A stretch of DNA of 63,127 bases, filler included, from Hyphochytrium catenoides (taxonomy: Eukaryota; Protista; Hyphochytriomycota): assembly GCA_900088475.1 (NCBI GenBank). It is 8 parts of 8 records of this genome, joined end to end, with 100 filler letters (N's around TTAATTAATTAA, not from the genome) between each part and the next. Parts side by side here need not be neighbours in the genome. Positions count along the whole stretch, not along the records: positions 1 to 22,437 come from FLMG01000243.1; positions 22,538 to 26,261 come from FLMG01001966.1; 6 more parts are not named here. One strand, 5' to 3'. Under the pieces are notes generated by a model. It was given only the letters and a program-made list of their open reading frames with translations. It was not told the origin of the DNA and made no database searches. Made by a program: the position numbers and the translations under genes. Numbering within the stretch: position 1 is the stretch's first letter; each line of letters starts with the position of its first letter. This document shows, piece after piece, positions 12,809 through 23,120 of this stretch.

Positions 12809-15108
12809 AGCAAGGATCCTGAGAGCACCCGCTTTCCCCTGCCCCATCAGTGAGAAAAGTCCCTGAAGGGCTGTCCGGGAAGTTCGAGTCATCATCTACT
12901 GACCTGAGAGTACTGACGTCAGGCCTTGCCGATCTTGTCTGCCCGTTCAGTTCGGCTTGGCCCGGTCTGCCAATCCTAAGCAGGAGGACTACCACCTAGA
13001 ACTACTGCCCATGGCCATTCCCTCATATTAACAATCACCTACCTAGGTACAGGGATCAATCAGGAACTACGGCGGTTCACCATGACATCAGTCTAGAAGT
13101 CGGCCGGATAAGAACATTTTCTTCTAAAGTTAGGGCTTGCAGTACCAGTTATACATAAAGATAACAGAACTTTATGCTCGAAAGCTCCCAGCAATCATAG
13201 CTTGCCCTCCTGTAGAACAACTTCAAACCCATCATAACCTCAATCAGCTCCTCAATCAGTGCCTCATCTCAATGGTAGAGTAGCAGGCAGTCAATCTCAC
13301 ACACCGTTTTTGCGGCACTTCTTGAGGTAGTGCTAGGAATCTCGTCGGATTGTGGGAGAAACCGGTACAGGTCTATGTACCTCGCTCACTTTGACAGAAG
13401 GTGTGAAATGTGACGTCAGTTATTTCTCTACCTTCTCATAAGAAGCTCGCAACTTTGGCCGCCGGTGCTTTATCAGTCATCTCTTGGGCCCGCTTTGCAT
13501 ATTTAGCAAGGGCTTATTATATACCACTATCACTGCTCATCCGTTATGCTATCCAGTGCCATAATAGATGATGTCTTGAAGCGCCAATAGAGCACTTGTC
13601 CTGATCGTCTCAAGAGACCATTAACGTGTCGCCAACATTGGTAGCCATTAACCTCGTGACTTTAGAAGTGCACCAGTTGCCGTTCGTTACGCCAGACGGC
13701 ACGCGCCCGGAAACTCCCAGTGATCGGTTTATAAGACGACGAGCTCCATTAGCAGGTTGATACAATCACACGCCACCACGAGAGTTTTGCTGTTGATGGT
13801 TACAAGCCCCTCATCCCCATAGAAGGTGCTCTGCGTTGACCAAGCAAGATTTAACCTGTAAGAGTATTCTCTCCTTCGTCTAGATCTCTTAGGTATGACC
13901 TCTATGCAGATTATTCTATGGACATCATGCGTTTGGCTACCGTGGCGGTATTTGCACTGTGAGGCTGGCTACGTTGTTAAAAGGACGCTTAATGATATAA
14001 AGAAGACAGCAATGGGCAGATCGACTAGCCAGCGTCGTGTGGAGCGAGCAGAGAAGAGAGAGATAGAGAAGGTGGGAAAAGGAGTGAAAGAGAACGACAG
14101 AGACACAGTTTGTTGGACACCTATGTATGGCAATGTTGCTGTTAGTAGAGATGGGGAATCTTTCGGTCCTTTTCTCCCTAACTTTTCTCCATCATTATGA
14201 TCGATCTTGACCACCTATGACCATGGGATTAGTGAGCCAAAGAGAAGAGCTTCCCGCTCTTTCTTCCCCTTAACAGATAGCAAGGGCCCTCACCTCCATC
14301 CGCTGTAGCAGCAGCTATCAAGGAAAGAGTAGTTAAGATCTGTTTCAGAGTAGTACCCGCCAATGATCGGCCTTCTCCTCCGCATATCCTCCTTTGTTCA
14401 GAGTCTTGCACATCGCTGTTTTCCTTTTCTCTCTCTCAGTCAGTTGCCCCTCACCTCCCTACCCGTTCCTCACGTCGGCATCTCAGTCATGTTGCCGCAC
14501 CGTTAGTGACAAATCTTCCCATCACCCTGATATATCTCGTTCCCATCTTCTTATGACTCCTCTGAGAAGAAACAGCACAAGAAACTGAAGATAGAGAGGG
14601 GCAATAACCGGTGGAGCGATCAGTCAAGGCTCACATATTCAAAGACTGCCGAGTTATTTTTGATGACCCGACCACGAGGTGCACACAGCCACTCATTAAG
14701 GCTTGCCTTTTTGTTGAGAGTCCTATAATCCTATGAAGAAAAGGGCTATGAATGGATGGCTAGGCAGTCGTCGGCTGCCTCTCCTCTGATGGATGAAGTC
14801 CACTCTATGCCATCTTTGAGAGGTCAAATGATGAGGCAGCTCTGGCTCCTTTCGCCATACTTCTTCATAGTAGAACGGGGCAGAGCCGTGCCAAAAATAT
14901 GAGCCCCACACATCAGACGCTCACTTTCCATCATCCTCTGGAGCCCGCACTTCCTCGCAGGGTGAGGTAGTAGGAGCAGCCAACAGCGAAGCGCCTAACG
15001 AGAGTCAAAGCAGCTGAGCAGTTTAGTCTCTCCGTCCGCGGTCTGAGGGGAGGCATCTGTGCTCTGTCGTCCTCTTGGGCTCTTTAGTAAGAGTCCAGCC
15101 TTGTTGAG

Positions 15109-18100
15109 ATGACAAAGATGTCGCTTCGCGGGCTGGAGATCGTCAGAAGAAAAGGTGGAAGAGGGTCCTTCTCCACGACCACTTTGCTTCTCTTTTCTGC
15201 GGCGGCCTCAGTTCTCTGCAGTATGCCGGCTTTCTTCCAGCTGTCTGAGGGCCTAGCCCAGGAGCTTCAGGCTGCGAACAACGATCATATTCCCATCCAA
15301 GGCGCTGGGGCTCCGCTTGGTATCTACCTTATGAGTCTCGCGGTGATGCATTACAATTGGGAGGTACCGCCGGAGTATGCCATCAAAGCGCCTTACTACT
15401 ATATTCCATACAACGACATGTACCCGACCTTCACTGCAGACAAGTCCAAGCTGGAGTTCATCATCGACGCCAGTGCCCCTCCTGATGCAACCTTCGTTGA
15501 TCCAGTCACCAACACCCCGACGTCCTTCGACACATATCCAGTGACTGCCTTTGGCTTTGCCCTTGGTTACAATCTTAAAGGCGATGATGGTCAAGACATC
15601 CCTAATCTCGTCGTGCCACAGGAAGCGATTCCGCTCATTCTATGGGGTGAGATCACCCATTGGGATGACCCAGCTCTCAAGCAAGTCAACCCAGGGGTCA
15701 GCCTTCCCAACAGGCCCATCAAGGTGGTGCATCGCGCCGATAACAGCCAGTGCGCTGTGCAGCTCTCCAAGATCTTGGTTAACTTCAACAGCTCGTTTGC
15801 AGAAAGGATTGGCAGCAACACAGCTCAACACAACTACTGCTCAAATACATCTCTAGTTAACGGAGTGTTTCCTGACGTTGAGTTCGTCAGTGGAAGTAAC
15901 GTGAAGAAGTATGTGCGGTGTAAGACTACGGGCTTCAGGTACATCGAGGTGCCAACTCTTGAGATGCAAATATCCGTCCTATCTACTGAGAAGGATTCCG
16001 TCGGTATCATCCCGCTCACAGCCAGCACCAAGCACATTCCTCTCACCGCAATCCGTACCACCTTGTCTAAGCAAGTCCTGACAGCCAATCTAACGACCAT
16101 GACCTACGCCCAGATGGAGAAAGGTGTCAACAAGGATAAATATCTACGCACCGAGCTCTTGGGCTCTCAGTATGGATGGCCGATGACCGGCTTTCTCTAC
16201 TTTATCATTCGCAAGGACTCTCACTCCACCATTGGATGTCGCGAGCGGAGTAACCTGTACAGATTCTTAAAGTGGTGGCTGCGAAGTGACCAAGCGAAAG
16301 AGTTCTTGATAAACAACCGCTTCTCTCCCTTGGTCGAGACCTTTGCCCTTGAAGTGGTTACCAAGCTTGAGGAAGGGTTCCTGGTATGCGGCTGTGACAG
16401 CCAGAACGAAGGACAAGCTGGGAAAGGTACTTGTGAGCGCGTTTCTGACCTCGTCGATCCTACCTTGTACAAGTTCCAAGGCCCACAACTCTACCGAGAC
16501 ATCTTGAGTGTCACCCTCGAGTCCTATTGGAACACCAGGCGCATTGACAACGCCAAGCTGCAGTACGCGTCAACGTCAGCAAAGTACGGCAGTGCGGTGG
16601 CAGTAGCAGAAGGAACGACTGCTGCCATTGTCAACGTGGATAATTATGAAGGAGAGGACGGGTCGGACAGGCTACGCGTACCTTTCCTTGAGATCCCTGT
16701 GGGTATCCTCTACTGCTTGCCAGGCACAACGGCAAGCCTCAACGTAACTGAAGAGATCTTTACAAAGATACTGAAGGGTGAGATCACGCAGTGGAATGAC
16801 CGCGCTTTACTGGCAATCAACCCTCTTGCGGCAGCGACTAACCAGCTTCCCAACAAGAAGATCATCGTCGTGGACAGGCTAGGACAGACTGAGATAGGGA
16901 ACTTCATGGCAGATCGAGGATATGAAGCAACAGCTGCAGATCTCAAGGAGTATGGAGTCAGCTCTGAGCTGGACGTTCTGAACATGGTGATGCAGACTCC
17001 CTACTCCATCGCGTACTGGGTGCCGGTTATGTATGTTCCTGACAACCCCGTAAAGTTTGCCAAGATTATTGACAAGAACAACCAAGTCATCGATCGCTCA
17101 ATGATAGACGAGTGGCCTTTGGTCATCCGGAGCATGCTAGAGCTTAGTCCTAAGATCTCAGGCAACTGCAAGAAGGAAGGCCCTCTCTTTGACACACTGC
17201 GGTTTATTGGGTGGATCTATGAGCATACTGACACTGCCAACATCGCCTTCCGAAGCGTAGGAGCGTACCTGGCGGGCCAGAGAACCGATCTCGACTCGTT
17301 GCTGCAAGTGCGGTGCAATGGGCAGTCTATATTGGCCGCTTCTCGTGGCTGTGGACGTCATGATATGAGCATCGCGACCACCTCTTGCAACCCACGCACC
17401 CAGTCTCACACAGCAATCTTCTCATGGACTGAGGGAGACCGGCGAACGTGCTATGGGGGCGACGATCTCTACGAAAACACCGACTATCCATGCGACCATG
17501 TCGCCCTTGGAGGCGGCGCACTCCCCGCACTGGTTATCGCGATTGCAGCGCTTGGAATCGTGACGTGCTTGGTACTGATGGGTTGGACCTATATCCACAG
17601 GCACACGGCGATCATCGTAATGGCTCAGCGGCCATTCTGCTACTCCTTCCTACTTGCGGCCATACTCCTTAATGTCTCCTCTCTAACCTTTATTGGTGCG
17701 AACACGGATTCTAGCTGCCTGCTTCGACCATGGGCCTTCCACCTAAGCTCCACGCTGATGTACGGCACACTCTTCATGAAGCTCTTGAGGGTCCAGCAGC
17801 TCTTCAACAACCCACAGCTGAAGAGGAAGGCGATCACCAACGCGACTATCGCTGTCAGAATCATCTCTGTCATCTCCGTTGACATCTTGCTACTCGTGCT
17901 CTGGTCCGCCATTAGCACTCCCGAGGCTGTTGATACGGATGTGATTGTCAACACGTTCCACGTCACGATGAAGACATGCGGCTCCAAATACCATGGAGCC
18001 TTTACCGTCTTGATGGCTGCTTGGAAAGCCAGCCTTGTAGGGTCAGGATGCTACTTTGCGAAGAAGTCCTGGGACATCGACGCCAACTACTCTGAAGCTA

Positions 18101-18474
18101 AGCACATGGCGATTGCTCTGTATAACTCCATCCTACTAGGAGCTATCACTTTTGCCATGCAATACTCGGCTCTTACTGCTCCAAGCTATGTGGTGCTCCA
18201 GACCATGGCCATCATGATAGCTGCGACAGGATCAGCCATCATGGTAATGGGCCCGAAGCTGTACTACCTGTACAAGAACCCCAGCGCAAGGATGACCCGG
18301 AAGACGGGAAGTGGAGGAGGTGCAACTGGCCAAGCATCAGGTACCCAGCAAGGAGGAGGAAGCAGCCATCATGCAGGTGGCGGCAGCAGTCACGGAGGAG
18401 GCAGCGTGAGCTTGAAAGCGAAGGCCACCGAGGTTGTTCCCGCTCCAGTACCAGTGAAGCCTACTCCAAAATAG
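15109..18474 (+). CDS. Class C (GABA-B-like, 7tm_3) GPCR with two tandem PstS-like periplasmic-binding-protein domains and a Cys-rich linker; intronless, 1121 aa
   Basis: N-terminal hydrophobic signal-like segment. PBP1 (~15289-16335): IQGAGA...GYNL...GEITHWDDPALKQVNPGVSLPNRPIKVVHRADNS...WPMTGFLY...FLKWWL...FSPL. PBP2 (~16465-17315): GEITQWNDRALLAINP...LPNKKIIVVDR...TPYSIAY...WPLV...FIGWIY. Four-Cys linker at 17350-17500. Seven hydrophobic helices (~17520-18270) with class C signatures AQRPFC, C..RPW...LMYGTLFMKLLRV..LF, VD..LL.LW, EAKHMAIALYN and GPKL. G/S/H-rich tail. Confidence 0.93.
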   Translation: MTKMSLRGLEIVRRKGGRGSFSTTTLLLFSAAASVLCSMPAFFQLSEGLAQELQAANNDHIPIQGAGAPLGIYLMSLAVMHYNWEVPPEYAIKAPYYYIPYNDMYPTFTADKSKLEFIIDASAPPDATFVDPVTNTPTSFDTYPVTAFGFALGYNLKGDDGQDIPNLVVPQEAIPLILWGEITHWDDPALKQVNPGVSLPNRPIKVVHRADNSQCAVQLSKILVNFNSSFAERIGSNTAQHNYCSNTSLVNGVFPDVEFVSGSNVKKYVRCKTTGFRYIEVPTLEMQISVLSTEKDSVGIIPLTASTKHIPLTAIRTTLSKQVLTANLTTMTYAQMEKGVNKDKYLRTELLGSQYGWPMTGFLYFIIRKDSHSTIGCRERSNLYRFLKWWLRSDQAKEFLINNRFSPLVETFALEVVTKLEEGFLVCGCDSQNEGQAGKGTCERVSDLVDPTLYKFQGPQLYRDILSVTLESYWNTRRIDNAKLQYASTSAKYGSAVAVAEGTTAAIVNVDNYEGEDGSDRLRVPFLEIPVGILYCLPGTTASLNVTEEIFTKILKGEITQWNDRALLAINPLAAATNQLPNKKIIVVDRLGQTEIGNFMADRGYEATAADLKEYGVSSELDVLNMVMQTPYSIAYWVPVMYVPDNPVKFAKIIDKNNQVIDRSMIDEWPLVIRSMLELSPKISGNCKKEGPLFDTLRFIGWIYEHTDTANIAFRSVGAYLAGQRTDLDSLLQVRCNGQSILAASRGCGRHDMSIATTSCNPRTQSHTAIFSWTEGDRRTCYGGDDLYENTDYPCDHVALGGGALPALVIAIAALGIVTCLVLMGWTYIHRHTAIIVMAQRPFCYSFLLAAILLNVSSLTFIGANTDSSCLLRPWAFHLSSTLMYGTLFMKLLRVQQLFNNPQLKRKAITNATIAVRIISVISVDILLLVLWSAISTPEAVDTDVIVNTFHVTMKTCGSKYHGAFTVLMAAWKASLVGSGCYFAKKSWDIDANYSEAKHMAIALYNSILLGAITFAMQYSALTAPSYVVLQTMAIMIAATGSAIMVMGPKLYYLYKNPSARMTRKTGSGGGATGQASGTQQGGGSSHHAGGGSSHGGGSVSLKAKATEVVPAPVPVKPTPK

Positions 18475-20094
18475 TTCATTAGGGCTGGCCTGGAGCGCAC
18501 TCCTGCCATAAATCTGTACCTCTGCGCCTCTATAGCCCTGCGTTTCCTTTGATGATAGATGAGAAGTAGTAGAGACTTCATAAGACATAAATGACATCGT
18601 GAGTAACCTCTAAACTTGGAGAAACAATTCAAGCAACCACCACATGCCGTGCAAGCGGTGGGAGGAGCGCTATATGCAACCATCAAGCTCCTCTTCCCTC
18701 ATACTTCAAGAACTCTCTTATTATGCCACACCACCATGATGTTCTGCATGACAAGAACTTCCAGGAACTAGCATGCAGGCAGCAGCATGCATTAGGATAA
18801 CCCTATCTGTAGGTGGAGAGGTACCCGATCAACCTGGGCTCTAGGCATGAAGGGCAATAAGGATGATAGTAGTGTTAGTGGTTTTTTGCTACGTAGTACG
18901 GACAAGGGATGAGAGCCTTGAAGCTTCTACCACCAACACTAACTATCACGTCTCTCTTTCTGTTGCTGCACTCTACGGTCAACTCCTAGCTAACACCGCT
19001 ATTATGGGTATGAAGAGTATGAGAGCTCATCCGTATGCTGTTGAGAGGCGTCTTGAAGGCAAAGCTCAGGAGTACTAACTACCCGTCTCTCGCTACTTAT
19101 CAGAAAAAACGGCCCCAAAAATAATCCTAACTGATGCATATATTCAGCGTTAAATCTCTCCTTCGTCATTGCAACATTGCAACTATGAGTCTTGACGAAG
19201 CAAAGCGAAGCGATGATCCAAGTTCGTGACTACTACCTACCTTCCCTGTAATGCAGAGGAAGTAGAGCTTGAGAACATGCTTCTACCAACTTTCCAATTC
19301 TGTATCCTCCCAAGCAACTTCATCTTTCGTTCTTTCCAAAAAGAAGAACTTCCAGGCCCCCGTCCGCTCTTTTGTGCTCGACAACTTGTCAGAAGAGATT
19401 AATTAGAGTGACCACGGACAGGTTACGCCCGACGTGATCATCACTGCGGAGGTAGTAGAGATCTTTAGTAACAGTGCCCGGACCATGATTAATGATCCGG
19501 AAGAACCGCGATAGTATCATCCGTCTTCAGACGGCCTGAAGACATAGCCGCCATCGGCAAAGGCGAATGGCGATCGACAGACTCCTCCGGATCCGGCCAC
19601 AGAAAACTCTACGCTAACGACACTACTTTAGAAGATGATAAACAGTAGTGCACTGGGGGCTGCATGTATCCATGCCCAACTCCAGTCCATGACCTTTCAC
19701 TTGATGGAAACATTTCATTAGCATTGATTCAAAAGAAAATACTTCAACAAAAGTCAGCTTTATAATTAGCCCTGGGAAGGTATATTTCCCAGGAAACTTA
19801 CTAGTCATAGCAGAAACGATATCCATGTGTGATGTGGGTATTGAAGGAGATCATCATTCTACTAATAACATACAAGCCTGAGGCGGAGAGAAGAAGGTCT
19901 ATTAAAAGCCTCGGCTGGTTCTTCCAAGAGTATCAGCAGACAACATCGTCCGCAGGAGGATGAAGGCCAGTGATACCTGCCATCAAGCTTGGCAACTAGA
20001 TTCTTGAGCTGGATTCCTCCTTTGCCAAGCATAATGGAATTCTAAAAGTGCCCCAGAGGTCCCTCTCTACAAGTACTCGCTGATGTCGTCCCAA

Positions 20095-20262
20095 GTTCTC
20101 GCTGATGTCGTCCCTCTACCCTGCTGCTGCTATCCTTGTCCCGGCCGTTCTTTCTATGTTGTCTTGTCTTCTCTCGCCCGTCTAGTTCCAGGTGGTGGCT
20201 GATCTCGCTCTGTATAGGGCGAAGTAGGTTTGGCTCAGTATCTCCGCTCTTCCGTAACAGCA
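20095..20262. repeat. Direct repeat, copy 1 (~150-170 bp; copy 2 at 21021-21219)
   Basis: Core 20117-20262 vs 21071-21219 differs by 6 substitutions and one 3-nt indel. Confidence 0.92.
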
Positions 20263-21020
20263 AACAAACGGATGCGAAGGCCACCAGCAGCAGCACTAGT
20301 GCAGCAGAAGAGGATGAAGCAAGGTTCACATCCGTTTGTTTGAGCCCAAGTAATAAAATAATCATCTGTCTTCTCCGCGATCTGGAGGAGCTGCGAGTCT
20401 AACCCTAGGGTGTTGCTTTTCCTACTTGCATCACTGTTCTCCTCCTAACTCTTTGTTCTAGACAGTCCTGAAAATGTCCTACCAGTAGATCTCCTGCTGG
20501 CCGGAACCGCCTTCTCCCGTCAGCAACCGCAGGTAGCAGAAACAGACAAATAGGGAACGTAGAGCTTCACCTTGCAGCACCAACAAAAAGTTCTGTAACG
20601 CATTGTGGTTAGCCGCCCTTGTGAAAGCTTCTTCCAACTTCCCCATGCCTCCCATCCGCTTCTCCTTCCCAACGCTTCCTGGTCCTCGGCTGCAGCGCCT
20701 TCTCGCTCTGGAATTGAAGGGGATTACTTTCCTGCGCGTCTTCCCTTTGGCCTGGGATCTTGTGCGTTGTTGTGTGCTGCTGCTGATATTTCCTTCTTGC
20801 CCTGTGGCATAAAAGGAAGGTGCGCGACAGAGGATGTTATCTCCCGCGCGATTTCTCTTTCCTTTGGGCTTTTTCTCTAGTCACCAGCACTCTGCTTTGA
20901 TGTTGTTAGCTTCTTCCCTTCTTGTTCGGGCGGCATACGTATTGCCCGTACTAGGTAAGGAGTTAAGTCTGTGCAGCCCTCTTGGTCGCCCACTAAGAGT
21001 TGGGCGGGCAGAGGCACGAG

Positions 21021-21219
21021 TTCTCGTCGCTGATGTCGTCCCTCCATATTATAATATTCTTTTGATGTTATACCTTGCTGCTGGTATCCTTGTCCCGGCC
21101 GTTCTTTTTATGTTGTCTTGTCTTCTTCTCTCGCCCGTCCAGTTCCAGGTGGTGGCTGATCTCGCTCTATATAGGGCGAAGTAGGTTTGGCTCAGTATCT
21201 CCACTCTTCCGTAACAGCA
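21021..21219. repeat. Direct repeat, copy 2
   Basis: Matches 20095-20262 and carries an extra ~25-nt AT-rich insert near its 5' end. Confidence 0.92.
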
Positions 21220-22437
21220 GACAACGCCAACTCGAGAGAGGTCATCAGGTAGAGGAGGAAACGAACGAGCTAACTATAGTCAGACAAGGCCAAGGTCGAT
21301 CGAGAAATAAAATATCAGATAGAGGCAAACATAGAGCCCAAAGGAGTGAATGAAGGTGGACGACACGGAGCCGAGGACTGGGGGAAACAGAGTGAGCGAA
21401 GGAAGAGGAGGCAAAGACGGCTAGCTATTATATACAAAAAATACTAGAGAAACTGGGGAGGAGGTGAACAGGAGGAATGGACCGGGAAGAGAGCGGGAGT
21501 GAGAGAAGACAATAATAATATATATCAAGCAAAAAAGAAGAAACGCGTTGCGTAGTATGAGTAGTGCTTATAAGCTTACTCATATCTTCTTAGTAGTACT
21601 GCACCGCCGCCGCCTCCTATCATCATTCGACGATGACGGATGTAATATAATAAGGAGAAAGATAGGGAAGCAAGAAGCTAAGAACAGACTGGACAACAAA
21701 AGAAGAAGAAGAAGAAGAAGAGGCAGATGACGAGCAAAGAGAATGATGAAGAGGACGGAGGAGTGAAGATACTGCTGCTGCTGAAGATTCAATCAGCTCA
21801 GCTTGTTCCCCATAATAATAACTTAGTCTTCGGTACTCATCACTCATCACGAATCATGGACCTCCTGCTCCCTCCTCTACAAATTTCCTAATAGTTGTAC
21901 TTTATTTAGTTCTTTAGTAGGGGAAACTAATAGGTTGGAGGAGTAACTAACTAAACTACTACTAGCCTTTATGCAGCTAACATAGACTCAGCACTTCTGT
22001 CTACTAGAGAGAGGACCTCCAGCAACAGCTCCAGGAAGCTGACCCAGGACCGCATTCTCGATCTGCGCAGCAGGCGGCAGGGAGGCAGGGGCATCTGATG
22101 GAAGACCATCATCTCTGCGTTACGAGTAGTACAATTGCAACGTTTCAAGAGGACAGAGATTCGTCAGCTGATTTGTTTGTACAAGTAGGACAGCAGGACA
22201 GCCACAGTCCTGGAGGATATCATTGTAGCTTCAGTTTTAGTAATCACCTAAATATATCTGACGGTGATAACTGATAGATTATCGTTCCCTATCAGGCATA
22301 CCAGTACTTCCTGGGGGTGCCGATCCTCGATGCGCCAGGGCGGTGCAAATTGTGCCACGGGGATTTTGACGTGTTTGGGGACTATGCGATGGTCTGCCGT
22401 TTAGCCCGTCGATGTATGACGGTACGTCATGACGGCT

Positions 22438-22537
22438 NNNNNNNNNNNNNNNNNNNNNNNNNNNNNNNNNNNNNNNNNNNNTTAATTAATTAANNNNNNN
22501 NNNNNNNNNNNNNNNNNNNNNNNNNNNNNNNNNNNNN
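22438..22537. other. Artificial scaffold-joining spacer (N44-TTAATTAATTAA-N44)
   Basis: Exactly 100 bp. The 12-mer puts stop codons in all six frames. The same structure recurs seven times. Confidence 0.97.
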
Positions 22538-23120
22538 CAGGAGGACGAGGCCGAAGGCGCTCACCGCCACCGCCCTGGCCGAGCGGACGGTTGTGACGTT
22601 GCTGAAGATAAGAGAGAGAACATTCTTCTCCTGGGTTCCACCGTCATCATTGAGGTTGAGGTCGACCTACCGAGTCGGGAAGTTCCCACAAGGAGAGAGG
22701 GAGAGATAAGAAGAGAGAGAGAGATAAGAAGAGAGAGAGAGAGAGAGAGATAAGAAGAGAGGGAGAGGAGGAGGGGAAGTGAATGAGGGGCCACAGAGAG
22801 CGAGAGAGAGAAGGAGGGAGAGAGAGAGAGAGAGACAGAGAGAGACAGGGAGACAGAGACACGGAGAGCCAGTAGGGAAGAGAAGAAGGAGAGGCATCGG
22901 AGAGATAAGGAAACATCAAATGTAGTAAGAAATTGTGGGGAGAAATGAGAACATTTATACAGAGAAAGGAAGCGGGAGGAACAGAATCGCGCCTTTCACA
23001 CCTTGAAGGAGAGAGCGGGCTGCAGACTGGCGCGCAGATCTTTCTGCTGCCGAGACATCTTTTGCTTTGTCAGCAAGAAGCCTTCTTTCTTCTTTGGCAA
23101 GCTCTCTCTCTGCCCAGTCA
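22538..23120 (-). CDS. Fragment of an unknown multi-exon gene
   Basis: Exon 22666-22538 (VDLNLNDDGGTQEKNVLSLIFSNVTTVRSARAVAVSAFGLVLL) follows a TAG acceptor. An upstream exon ends at a GT donor near 23002. The intervening intron is CT-rich on the minus strand. Confidence 0.4.

Noticed and set aside
13300-13860. Coding-like minus-strand relic (YIDLYRFLP, HWEFPG) as a LINE endonuclease
   Set aside because: It is an isolated motif with no ordered supporting motifs and cannot be assigned by eye.
20106-21216. The direct repeats as LTRs of a TRIM (TGT...ACA can be found inside them)
   Set aside because: Homology extends beyond those ends, and no PBS, PPT or TSD is visible.
22482-22493. TTAATTAATTAA repeated seven times as a biological motif
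   Set aside because: It is always centred in an exact N44/N44 pad and is a six-frame-stop concatenation linker. No cross-spacer gene neighbourhood can be inferred.
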